From Candidatus Egerieisoma sp. (GTDB taxonomy: Bacteria; Bacteroidota; Bacteroidia; Bacteroidales; UBA932): a stretch of 64,000 nt of DNA. Positions within the stretch are counted from its first letter, which is position 1. Each line of letters begins with the position of its first letter. The stretch spans positions 34,870 to 98,869 of the forward strand of contig JAZSEZ010000052.1 of the NCBI GenBank assembly GCA_045531975.1, read 5' to 3'. The notes beneath the pieces were generated by a model, which did not search any database, was not told the DNA's origin, and was given only the letters and a program-made list of their open reading frames with translations. Below are positions 48,502 through 57,549 of the stretch, piece after piece. The translations under genes were made by a program, and so were the position numbers.

Positions 48502-49476
48502 TTATACATACCCTTTCAGAAGCTCTGTATCCAAATGAAGCATCCTTGCTATCTGCTTGTGGGTAGAGGCGTATTCATAGCGCAGTTTCCTGGCAATGAC
48601 AAGCCTGGATGCAATGTTGAGGTTACGCACATCAGCTTCTCCAAACATTCTGGCGGCAAGTTCTGCAACGGCAGGTCTCAAATCTTTGTCGGGAATGAAA
48701 GATTTGTTCCCTTTCCAAATGGCAGCATCAATCTCTCCCTCAAGTTTTTTTGACAAATGGTAAAGATATTTTGCCGGTGATTTGAAAAGAGATTCAATAA
48801 TGCCGGTATCAAAGAAAGAGGCAGGCATAAGCATTCCCCTGTGGTCCATAACCCAATCATCGGGAAGATTTACACGAGTACCCAATTTCGAATATTTTTC
48901 ATTTGCCGATATTGCGCCAAGGGGAACTCGAGAGTTGCAGATGCACTCCCCGTTGCAGGTTGTTTCATCCGCTCTTCCCTGCAGATTATTTTCTTTAAAG
49001 ACAAACTGTGCACTACCCCAGGGGTATTCAGAGGGGAGTTTCCTGTATCCGGCCATTATTGGATTCCTGTCTATATATGCAATTACCGAAAGGAGATTAT
49101 CCTCATCTTCAATTGGAATTATTCTGGTTGTCAATCCTCTCAGATGCCCCTCAATGGAATATCGGGTATAGATATATTTTCCGGTAAGATGCTTGTATCT
49201 GGTTATGAAATCCTTACAGGATGGCATTGGACCACATAGGAGGAAATGGACGTGATTGTCCATAAGTGTGTATGACAAAACTCTTACTTGTGTAAGGTAA
49301 GAACATATTCCTATTCTGTTTATCCCATTTATAAAATCGGTATCATCTTTGAACATCCACGGCAGAACATTACCGTCCGTACATATGTGAAAACAGTTGC
49401 ACGCATTGAACCTATTGCCTGACTCAAAACTGAAAAAATCCCTCTCCACCATAAAAGAAATGTTTTCTGGCCCCAC
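48502..49476 (-). CDS. IS200-like HUH/Y1 transposase-family protein, REP-associated (RAYT-like), with C-terminal DnaA-C-like HTH
   Basis: Has the HUH motif in YTLMDNHVHFLL and the Tyr motif AYIDRNPIMAGY. The C-terminus ASRLVIARKLRYEYASTHKQIARMLHLD resembles DnaA domain IV. The gene is flanked on both sides by REP clusters. Confidence 0.7.
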   Translation of the reverse strand: MGPENISFMVERDFFSFESGNRFNACNCFHICTDGNVLPWMFKDDTDFINGINRIGICSYLTQVRVLSYTLMDNHVHFLLCGPMPSCKDFITRYKHLTGKYIYTRYSIEGHLRGLTTRIIPIEDEDNLLSVIAYIDRNPIMAGYRKLPSEYPWGSAQFVFKENNLQGRADETTCNGECICNSRVPLGAISANEKYSKLGTRVNLPDDWVMDHRGMLMPASFFDTGIIESLFKSPAKYLYHLSKKLEGEIDAAIWKGNKSFIPDKDLRPAVAELAARMFGEADVRNLNIASRLVIARKLRYEYASTHKQIARMLHLDTELLKGYV

Positions 49477-49593
49477 AATCCTTTCCCCTCAATCCCACCC
49501 GGGCCAATTTGGTGGAAACATTGAAGTCTTTTACAAAGATTGCAATATTTTTTGCCCATTCCAAATCTTTTCTTCCCGATAAATCTTCACATA

Positions 49594-49738
49594 CCCAAGA
49601 GGTTAAGCGAGATACCCCCGGTTTTGTGGCGCTGTAGGATACATACCCTTGCTTAACCTCCTATATTTACTTGAGGTTAAGATTGCATATGTCGTTCAGA
49701 ATGTATTTTGGGAGGGGATAGTGTTACTAACCTCTTGT
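49594..49738. repeat. REP-doublet cluster 3 (5' flank of the RAYT-like gene)
   Basis: CCCAAGAGGTTAAGCGAG...TTGCTTAACCTCC, a spacer, then TGAGGTTAAGATT...TTACTAACCTCTTG. Confidence 0.8.
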
Positions 49739-49875
49739 GAAAATTTTTCATTCTCTGCGAGGGTAAGGCAAGAGTGCCTCTGGTATTAATTGTGTGAAAG
49801 CCTAGTGTTGGAAAAAGGCAACTCTCTTTGGGAAAAATCAGCGGTAATGAGTAAATTTGCAAAAATCGCTTAATA

Positions 49876-50448
49876 ATGCAGATTATGAAAGAACAGATTG
49901 ATGCAGCAATAAAAGTACTTAAAGAGGGGGGAGTGATTCTTTACCCTACAGATACCATTTGGGGGTTGGGTTGTGATGCAACCAACGAGGCTGCCGTTGA
50001 AAAGATATTTAAGATTAAGCAGCGTCAAGACAGCAAGAGCCTTATCACTCTTGTGGCGGACATTGATATGATTGGGCGTTATGTAAAGGAGATACCGGAG
50101 ATTGCAATCCAATTGGTTGAGGTGAATGACAAGCCTATGACAATCATCTATCCGGGAGCAATGGGGCTGGCAAAGAATGTTGTGGCTGAAGATGGCACAG
50201 CAGGTATCCGTATCCCTAATCACGAGTTCTGCCACCAGTTGATCTACAAGTTCCGCAAGGCAATAGTATCTACATCTGCAAATTTGTCGGGAGAAAAATC
50301 ACCTGCCACTTTTGAGGAGATTCCTCAGGAGATAAAGGATGCTGTGGATTACATTGTTGCTCCGGAGTTTGAGGGTGAGTGTACCCACAGTGCTTCACAA
50401 ATTATAAAGGTGGGGCTTGGCAGTGAGATTGAGATTATCCGCGGATAG
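49876..50448 (+). CDS. L-threonylcarbamoyladenylate synthase (YrdC/TsaC/Sua5 family)
   Basis: Has YPTDTIWGLGCDATN and STSANLSGE. Confidence 0.8.
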   Translation: MQIMKEQIDAAIKVLKEGGVILYPTDTIWGLGCDATNEAAVEKIFKIKQRQDSKSLITLVADIDMIGRYVKEIPEIAIQLVEVNDKPMTIIYPGAMGLAKNVVAEDGTAGIRIPNHEFCHQLIYKFRKAIVSTSANLSGEKSPATFEEIPQEIKDAVDYIVAPEFEGECTHSASQIIKVGLGSEIEIIRG

Positions 50449-50487
50449 TTTGGATTTGAATTGAAGTGCCCCAACAGGGGCAACAAC

Positions 50488-51288
50488 TCAACCGCACATA
50501 AAGTACACCCCGGCAACGGCAGCAACGGCGGCCGTTTCTGTGCGGAGGCGGGATTCACCAAGGGTGAGTGGTTTGAATCCTGCGGCTATGGCGGCATCTA
50601 CTTCGGCTGGAGAGAAATCTCCTTCCGGCCCAATAAGGATTGTAATGTGCGGCAGCGTAAACACAGGGCGTGTGTCACCAGCAGCGAAATCTATTCCTGT
50701 ATCCAATGCCCCCGCCTGAGCCCCCACCTGAACATCTGCCTCGGCGCAAGCCTGGGCAACAGCCTGAGCAAGGGTTACCTTTTCTCTCTCTCCGCAATAT
50801 GCAATCAGTTTTACCCCGGGATATGAAGCTGCTTCCTTAATGAACTGTTTCACCGGAACTGCCTCCTGCAATACCGGCACAGCCCCTTTCAGGGATTGCT
50901 TGGCAGCGGAAACCAGAATTTTCTCCAAACGCTCCGGTTTTATGATGCGGCGCTCAGAGTGCTCCCCTATTACAGGAACCACTGTATCCAGTCCCATTTC
51001 TGTTGCCTTTTCAAGGAACCACTCGTAGCGGTCTATATTTTTTGTAGGACATACCGCCATTGTAAGGTTATACCTGTGAGCCCCAAATCCTTCCTGCACA
51101 TTCTCCACACTGCAAACCACTTTTTTGCCGCACTCCAGAATCTTGCAGGTATATAGTGCCCCGCTCCCGTCAATTACATTTATAGTATCACCCACAGTAT
51201 GCCTGAGCACCTTTGCACAATGTCTGCTCTCCTCTTCTGTAAGGGTGCAGAGCCCGTTTGCCATTTCTGCAGAGAAAAAAAGTTCCAT
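50488..51288 (-). CDS. rsmE: 16S rRNA (uracil1498-N3)-methyltransferase
   Basis: Has the RsmE layout with an N-terminal PUA-like part (HCAKVLRHTVGD), then LIGPEGDFSPAEV and LGESRLRTETAAV. Confidence 0.8.
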   Translation of the reverse strand: MELFFSAEMANGLCTLTEEESRHCAKVLRHTVGDTINVIDGSGALYTCKILECGKKVVCSVENVQEGFGAHRYNLTMAVCPTKNIDRYEWFLEKATEMGLDTVVPVIGEHSERRIIKPERLEKILVSAAKQSLKGAVPVLQEAVPVKQFIKEAASYPGVKLIAYCGEREKVTLAQAVAQACAEADVQVGAQAGALDTGIDFAAGDTRPVFTLPHITILIGPEGDFSPAEVDAAIAAGFKPLTLGESRLRTETAAVAAVAGVYFMCG

Positions 51289-51474
51289 ATTCTTTTGCTG
51301 ATAATCCGTTTATACCTGTTTGCCGCCTGGGAGGTTACATTACAGTCCCCCTATCTGCTTATAGGGCAAATTTACTAAAGATTTGCGTAATGATGATGTT
51401 TATCTGCAAGTTCACGCAATTGCAGCAAGTATAATAGTATGGTAAAATGAGATATGTAATTTAAATTATAGTTT

Positions 51475-51482
51475 TATCTTTG
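51475..51482 (+). promoter_or_regulatory. Bacteroidota -7 box (TAnnTTTG)
   Basis: TATCTTTG lies 46 nt upstream of the ATG at 51528. Confidence 0.4.
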
Positions 51483-51527
51483 TGAAGCAAAGTATGCAAT
51501 TCAGATAAAAATTTATAGCTATAAAAT

Positions 51528-52748
51528 ATGACACAATCTAAATCACAGCGTTATGTGGCACTTGATGTGCTTAGGGGTATGACTGTTGCAGGAATGATTC
51601 TTGTAAACAACCCCGGTTCATGGGCCCATATTTTCCCCCCTTTGGCACACGCCAAATGGGCCGGATGTACTCCAACAGACCTTGTTTTCCCATTCTTCCT
51701 TTTTGTAGTGGGAGCGGCAATGGCATTCTCGTTTGCAAAATACAATGAGGGACTTACAGCAGAGAGCCTGAAGAAACTCATTAAGAGAGGCATCCTTATC
51801 TTCCTTGTAGGTTTTGGACTTAACTGGTTCCCGTTCTATCCAACCAGCCCTAACCCCGACCTTTCAGTTTGGGGAAATTTCATTTACCGTCTGGAGCACG
51901 TGAGGATTATTGGTGTGCTTCAACGAATTGCAATGTGCTATGTGCTTGGCGGTTTTGTGGCACTTTGGTTACAGAAAACCAAAAAGATTATCCCTGCAAT
52001 GGCAATTCTTATGGGGTTGCACTGGCTTATCCTCTGGCTTATAGGTGATTCTTCTGCAGAGATGGTCAATGGTGCTGCAGGTGCTTTCTCATTGGCGGGC
52101 CAGAATGCAGACAAGATTGATTTGGCAATTTTTGGAGTAGACCATATCTACAAAGGTTTTGGTATTCCATTTGATCCGGAAGGGTTGCTCGGTGCATTGT
52201 CGGGAGCATGTACGGTATTGTTGGGATATATTATCGGGAAGAAAATACAGCAGACAAAAGAGAAGATTGATGTTGTGGCCCAACTTTATACAATTGGCCT
52301 TTGCTGCCTTGCAGGCGGTTTGGTATGGAGCATCTGCTACCCTATCATTAAGGCTCTTTGGACAGGTTCGTATGTACTGTATGCGGGTGGATGGAGCATA
52401 GTTATGCTGGCTTTCTTCATTTACCTTATAGACATTAAGGGGAAAGAGAAGGTGTTTACCCCATTTAAAGCTATGGGTATGAACCCGTTGTTTGCATTTG
52501 TAATGGCAGCTCTTTTTGCTAAGGTGCTTGGCCAGATTATCAAATGGAAAACCACAATTGTTATGGATGACGGTGCTGTTAAGGAGAAGACCTGGACTGC
52601 GTTGAGCTGGTTCTACAACAATGTGTGCGTAGCCATTGTAGGTGAGAACAATGAGATTTCTTCACTTATATTTGCCCTTGTTTATGTGGCGGTATTTACT
52701 GCTATGGCAATGTGGCTTTACAAGAAGAAAATTGTAATAAAACTTTAA
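51528..52748 (+). CDS. heparan-alpha-glucosaminide N-acetyltransferase-like (DUF1624/DUF5009) membrane protein
   Basis: Is multi-pass membrane, with the N-terminus RYVALDVLRGMTVAGMILVNNPGSW typical of this acyltransferase family. Confidence 0.65.
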   Translation: MTQSKSQRYVALDVLRGMTVAGMILVNNPGSWAHIFPPLAHAKWAGCTPTDLVFPFFLFVVGAAMAFSFAKYNEGLTAESLKKLIKRGILIFLVGFGLNWFPFYPTSPNPDLSVWGNFIYRLEHVRIIGVLQRIAMCYVLGGFVALWLQKTKKIIPAMAILMGLHWLILWLIGDSSAEMVNGAAGAFSLAGQNADKIDLAIFGVDHIYKGFGIPFDPEGLLGALSGACTVLLGYIIGKKIQQTKEKIDVVAQLYTIGLCCLAGGLVWSICYPIIKALWTGSYVLYAGGWSIVMLAFFIYLIDIKGKEKVFTPFKAMGMNPLFAFVMAALFAKVLGQIIKWKTTIVMDDGAVKEKTWTALSWFYNNVCVAIVGENNEISSLIFALVYVAVFTAMAMWLYKKKIVIKL

Positions 52749-52763
52749 GCATAAAGGCCCGGT

Positions 52764-53261
52764 ATGGCTTATATAGGATTGATTTCAGATACTCACGGAG
52801 TTTTTGATGACAAGCTCCGCAAGTTCCTTGAGCCGGTGGATGAAATTTGGCATGCGGGGGATTTTGGGAATATAGAAACAGCGGATGCCATTGCCGCATT
52901 CAAACCTCTGCGGGGGGTGTACGGCAACTGCGATGACCAGACAGTAAGGCTGGCCCATCCGTATGTACAGCTCTTTGAGATGGAGGGGATGAGAATCCTT
53001 ATGATGCACATAGGAGGCTATCCGGGAAGGTATGATTTTAAGGCATTCCAACTTATAAACGCCCATCTTCCCGACATATTCATCTGCGGGCATTCCCATA
53101 TACTTAAAGTTATTAACGACACAAAATACAGAGTGCTCACCATCAACCCTGGTGCTGCAGGGATACAGGGGTTTCACAATGTAAGGACCGCACTGAGATT
53201 CCGCATAGAGAACGGCACCATAAAGGATATGGAAGTGGGTGAGTGGGAAAGGAAATTATAA
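52764..53261 (+). CDS. YfcE/MJ0936-type metallophosphoesterase
   Basis: Has GLISDTHG, HAGD, GNCD and GHSH. Confidence 0.8.
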   Translation: MAYIGLISDTHGVFDDKLRKFLEPVDEIWHAGDFGNIETADAIAAFKPLRGVYGNCDDQTVRLAHPYVQLFEMEGMRILMMHIGGYPGRYDFKAFQLINAHLPDIFICGHSHILKVINDTKYRVLTINPGAAGIQGFHNVRTALRFRIENGTIKDMEVGEWERKL

Positions 53262-53306
53262 ACAATGGAACCTTTGGCAACGGTTCCGCCTAACAACAAA
53301 ATATAC

Positions 53307-55760
53307 ATGAAAAAACTGTTTCTACTTATTGCTTTGGCAGTTTGCTCTTTGGCGTATGCACAGCAGACTCCGGTTACCAAAGCAAATTATGATTTGGCAG
53401 AGAGATTTTCTGCAAAGAAAGTTGGCCAGATGGTTTTCTCTACAGATGTAAGGCCTAACTGGTTCAAGAATTCAGACAAGTTCTGGTATTCTTACAAAAC
53501 TACAAACGGTACTGAGTACTATATTGTAGACCCTGTTGCCGGAACAAAAAGAAAAGCTTGGGATATGGGCAAACTTGCAGCCCAAATCTCTTCAATTACA
53601 AAAGATCCGTTTGATGCACAGCACCTTCCTATTGAGAAACTGGAGCTTACAGACAACGACAAAGCTTTTGAATTTGAAATCAGGACCTCTATAATGGTTC
53701 CTAAAAAAGAGAAACCTGGTGAGAAAAAACCTGCCAAAGGGGCAAAAGAGAAGAAAGTTTTCCGTTTCAAATATGACATTGCTTCAGGCAAACTTACAGA
53801 TATAACAGAGCAGGAGAAAGAGAAGGATTACCCAAGATGGGCAAATATTTCTCCCGACGGAAAATACGCTGTATACGGAAAGAACTACAACCTTTGGTAT
53901 ATGGATATGGAGAACCTTAAGAAAGCAATGGAGAATGAGAAAGATTCAACAATTGTAGAGTTCCAGCTTACCAAAGACGGTACCAAAGAGTTCCCATACG
54001 CAGGTAGAGGAATGTATGGCGGAAACCACGAGGAGGATACCACAAAACGTACAGGTGCAAGCCTTGCATGGTCTCCAGACTCAAAACACTTTGCAATTAC
54101 CAGAAGCGATATGCGCAAGGTTAAAGAGTTGTGGGTAATTGATGTACTTGCAAATCCTCGTCCCAAATTGGAGGGTTACAAATATCAGATGCCTGGCGAG
54201 CCTGGTCCTAAGGTACATATGTACTTGTTTGATTTTGCAGCAAAAACTTCAAAAACCATAAATATTGATGCTTTCAAAGACCAGTCTGTAGGTATCCTAA
54301 GAGAGCCTGTTACAATTACAGAGCGTACTTATATGGATTGGGTTCCTGCAAAATGGTTGGGAGACAACAGCAAGTTCTACTTTGAGCGTCAGAGCAGAGA
54401 CCAGAAGAGGGTAGATATATGTACCGTAGATGTGGCTACCGGTGAGTGCAAAGTTGTTTTGCACGAGGAGTTGAATACATACGTTGAAACAAGAGACCCT
54501 AAATTCTTCAACAACGGCTCTGAGTTTGTATTCTGGTCTGAGAGAGACGGTTGGGCACACTTGTACTTGTATGGTGCAGACGGTACACTTAAAAACCAGA
54601 TTACCAGCGGTGAGTTCCACGTTGACCAGATTTTGGGTGTAGATGCAGCCAAGAGAGTTGTATACTTTACAGCTTGTGGAAAAGAGAAAGGGATTAACCC
54701 TTACTATATGTATGCTTACAGCGCAAACTTGGACGGCAGCAATGTGAAGCTTTTGAACAAAGGTGACTTTGACAACAAAGTGAATATGTCTGACAACAAC
54801 AAATACTTTGTAAACAACTACTCAAGAGTTGACTGCACTCCTAAAACTGCACTTTACGACAATACCGGCCGTAAGGTTATGGATTTGGAGGAGGCTGATT
54901 TGAGCCAGCTGTTTGCCCGCGGATACAAATTCCCTGAAATCTTTACAGTTAAAGCAGGAGACGGCATTACAGACCTTTACGGTGTAATGTACAAACCTTT
55001 TGATTTTGACTCAACCAAACTTTACCCTATCATTGAGTATGTATATCCTGGTCCTCAGACAGAGGCCAACAACTCTTCTTGGACAAAGAGTATGGACAGA
55101 GTAGACCGCCTTGCCCAGCTTGGATTCATTGTTGTAACTGTAGGTAACAGAGGAGGACACCCTAACCGCTCTAAATGGTACCACAACTTTGGTTACGGCA
55201 ACCTTAGAGATTATGGTTTGGAGGATAAGAAAGTTACCGTTCAGCAGCTTGCAGCACGCCATCCGTTCATAAACGGCAACAAAGTTGGTATCCACGGCCA
55301 CTCAGGTGGAGGATTTATGTCTACAGCAGCAATCCTTAAGTACCCTGATTTCTTCTCGGCAGCTGTATCTTGTGCAGGTAACCACGACAACAATATCTAC
55401 AACCGCTGGTGGAGTGAGCAGCATCACGGAGTATTGGAGGAGATATCTGAAAAAGGTGACACTACTTTCAAATATAGTATAAACACCAACCAGCAATTGG
55501 CTAAGAACCTTAAAGGAAATTTGTTGTTGGTTCACGGTGATATAGACAATAATGTACACCCAGGTAATACTATCAGAGTGGTAGACGCACTTATAAGAGC
55601 AAACAAACGTTTCCAGATGCTTATCCTTCCGGGACAGAGACACGCATTTGGTGATATGACAGAATATTTCTTCTGGAGAATGGCAGACCATTTCTGCGAG
55701 TATCTGATTGGAGATTCCCAGAAAGAGCAGATAGACATCAAACAAATGAATAACAACTAG
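53307..55760 (+). CDS. S9B (dipeptidyl-peptidase IV-like) serine peptidase, secreted
   Basis: Start is taken at MKKLFLLIALAVCSLAYAQ. It has a DPPIV-type N-terminal propeller region plus GHSGGG, HGDIDNNV and GQRHAF. Confidence 0.8.
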   Translation: MKKLFLLIALAVCSLAYAQQTPVTKANYDLAERFSAKKVGQMVFSTDVRPNWFKNSDKFWYSYKTTNGTEYYIVDPVAGTKRKAWDMGKLAAQISSITKDPFDAQHLPIEKLELTDNDKAFEFEIRTSIMVPKKEKPGEKKPAKGAKEKKVFRFKYDIASGKLTDITEQEKEKDYPRWANISPDGKYAVYGKNYNLWYMDMENLKKAMENEKDSTIVEFQLTKDGTKEFPYAGRGMYGGNHEEDTTKRTGASLAWSPDSKHFAITRSDMRKVKELWVIDVLANPRPKLEGYKYQMPGEPGPKVHMYLFDFAAKTSKTINIDAFKDQSVGILREPVTITERTYMDWVPAKWLGDNSKFYFERQSRDQKRVDICTVDVATGECKVVLHEELNTYVETRDPKFFNNGSEFVFWSERDGWAHLYLYGADGTLKNQITSGEFHVDQILGVDAAKRVVYFTACGKEKGINPYYMYAYSANLDGSNVKLLNKGDFDNKVNMSDNNKYFVNNYSRVDCTPKTALYDNTGRKVMDLEEADLSQLFARGYKFPEIFTVKAGDGITDLYGVMYKPFDFDSTKLYPIIEYVYPGPQTEANNSSWTKSMDRVDRLAQLGFIVVTVGNRGGHPNRSKWYHNFGYGNLRDYGLEDKKVTVQQLAARHPFINGNKVGIHGHSGGGFMSTAAILKYPDFFSAAVSCAGNHDNNIYNRWWSEQHHGVLEEISEKGDTTFKYSINTNQQLAKNLKGNLLLVHGDIDNNVHPGNTIRVVDALIRANKRFQMLILPGQRHAFGDMTEYFFWRMADHFCEYLIGDSQKEQIDIKQMNNN

Positions 55761-55783
55761 TTACACACACTGTTGGTAATATT

Positions 55784-55814
55784 AAAAGGGGGCGGAGCTT
55801 TTCCGTCCCCTTTT
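55784..55814 (+). terminator. rho-independent terminator
   Basis: AAAAGGGGGCGGAGCTTTTCCGTCCCCTTTT. Confidence 0.8.
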
Positions 55815-55911
55815 ATATTTTCACACAGCTTATATATGAGTGTAATTTTATCATTCTCATTTACTGCATCTTACAAGAATTAACAAAATTTGGTATATTA
55901 AAATTTTTGAT

Positions 55912-55919
55912 TACCTTTG
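55912..55919 (+). promoter_or_regulatory. Bacteroidota promoter -7 box, with a TTTG -33 element at 55889-55892
   Basis: TACCTTTG lies 19 nt downstream of a TTTG and 29 nt upstream of the ATG at 55948. Confidence 0.5.
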
Positions 55920-55947
55920 CGCCCGTTTTTAACTAAACCTACAAAAA

Positions 55948-57396
55948 ATGAAATTTAGAAAACTAGCAAACAAACTGGTTCTTGTAGCGGCAGCAGTGCT
56001 TTCATCACTAACTGCAAACGCAGAGGGATACCAGATTAACTCACAGAGTGCAAGACAGTGGGGTATGGCCCACACCGGTACTGCCCTTAAACTTGGCGCA
56101 GAGAGCATGTTGTTCAACCCTGCCGGTATGGCATTTATGAACTCAAAATTTGATATTTCACTTGGAACTATAGCTATCAAATCTAAAGTAGAGTTTGAAC
56201 AGGGCAGTTACACCCACCAGACAAATAACCCTCTTAGCACTCCTGTTTTTGGATACATAGGTTACAAACCTTGCAAGAATCTTGCATTTGGTGTGAGCCT
56301 TACAAACCCTGCAGGAAACTCTTTGGTATGGGGTGACAACTGGGCAGGTTCAACTATGATTCAGGATGTATCACTTAAAGCATTCAGCATTCAGCCAACC
56401 ATTTCTTACAAAATTGCTGATATTGTAAGCATTGGTGCAGGTCTTATGATTGACTTTGGAAGTTTCAGCCAGAATAAGGGACTTGTGGCAGTAGGAGGTT
56501 TTGATGCACTTGGCACACTTGCTCAGGGACTTTCCTCTTTTGTTCCAGGTTTGGATGCAGTTCCAGGTGCAATTGCAAGCTTTGCAGGCCAGACACCTGT
56601 TGCAATAGGATTGGAAGGAAATTCAAAAGTTGCATATGGCGTAAACTTGGGTATTATGGTTAATGTCTCACCAAAAGTTACACTTGGTGCAACTTACCGT
56701 TCAAAAATGAAATTGTCTGTAGAGGATGGTTCAGCAGCATTGAAATATGCCAACTCAAACGCACAGGCTTTGGTAAATATAGTTTCAAACTTTGATTTGC
56801 AATCTCTTGCAGGCTCATTGCCTCCAGCTGTACTGCAGCAGATTCCAGTAGATGTCCTTAAACAGACTCAGGCAAACCTTACATCAATGAAATATCTTGA
56901 TGGTGCAACATTCTCTGCCCAGATGCCAATCCCAAGCATCTTCAGTGCGGGTATAACATACAAACCAACTGAGGCTTGGACCCTAACCGGTGAGGCTCAG
57001 TTTACCGGTTGGAGCGCCTACGACAAATTGGATCTTGTATTCAAGACAGCAGCAGGTGAGATAACCCAGTCATTTGAGAAAAACTACAAAAATACAGTAG
57101 CTGTAAGAATTGGTGCTGAGCGTGTAATCTCAGACTTCTTTACTGTAAGAGCTGGTGTATATATGGATACCCCTCCAGTTCAGATGGACAACTACAACCC
57201 TGAGACTCCAAGTGCAGACTCATACGGAGTAACTGCAGGAGCAACTTTGAATCCAACCAAATTCCTGGCTGTAGACCTTGCTGTAGGATATTTGAGAGGA
57301 GAAAAAACTACCGGTTCGTTTGATAACGGAAGTTTTGTGGCAGACTATACAAAGAGTGCAATTATGCCGGGTCTTGCATTGAGATTCAAGTTCTAA
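55948..57396 (+). CDS. outer-membrane transport protein (OmpP1/FadL/TodX family)
   Basis: Has a signal peptide, then EGYQINSQSARQWGMAHTG and MLFNPAGMAF. The C-terminus ends in aromatic ...RFKF. Confidence 0.7.
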   Translation: MKFRKLANKLVLVAAAVLSSLTANAEGYQINSQSARQWGMAHTGTALKLGAESMLFNPAGMAFMNSKFDISLGTIAIKSKVEFEQGSYTHQTNNPLSTPVFGYIGYKPCKNLAFGVSLTNPAGNSLVWGDNWAGSTMIQDVSLKAFSIQPTISYKIADIVSIGAGLMIDFGSFSQNKGLVAVGGFDALGTLAQGLSSFVPGLDAVPGAIASFAGQTPVAIGLEGNSKVAYGVNLGIMVNVSPKVTLGATYRSKMKLSVEDGSAALKYANSNAQALVNIVSNFDLQSLAGSLPPAVLQQIPVDVLKQTQANLTSMKYLDGATFSAQMPIPSIFSAGITYKPTEAWTLTGEAQFTGWSAYDKLDLVFKTAAGEITQSFEKNYKNTVAVRIGAERVISDFFTVRAGVYMDTPPVQMDNYNPETPSADSYGVTAGATLNPTKFLAVDLAVGYLRGEKTTGSFDNGSFVADYTKSAIMPGLALRFKF

Positions 57397-57436
57397 GAAA
57401 GACAAAACCTAAAATTTACCTTACTACAAAAAGAGA

Positions 57437-57475
57437 AACCCGCTTCTGGCCCAAATGTGCCGGTTGCGGGTTTTT
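57437..57475 (+). terminator. rho-independent terminator
   Basis: AACCCGC, a 22-nt loop, then GCGGGTTTTT. Confidence 0.65.
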
Positions 57476-57504
57476 CCCTTATTGTATAAAACGTTCTTTT
57501 TAAA

Positions 57505-57512
57505 TACCTTTG
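57505..57512 (+). promoter_or_regulatory. Bacteroidota -7 box (TAnnTTTG)
   Basis: TACCTTTG lies 38 nt upstream of the ATG at 57550. Confidence 0.45.
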
Positions 57513-57549
57513 TACAATGTATACCACGCAAATAAATAACCTGTTATAT

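Noticed and set aside
50659-50772. An Ala/Gln/Val-rich, GC-rich stretch of roughly 25-35 extra residues (AQAVAQACAEADVQVGAQAGALDTGIDFAAGD) in RsmE, before the LIGPEGDFS motif.
   Set aside because: The frame is intact and this linker region of RsmE is variable between lineages. Without an alignment I cannot distinguish an insertion from normal divergence.
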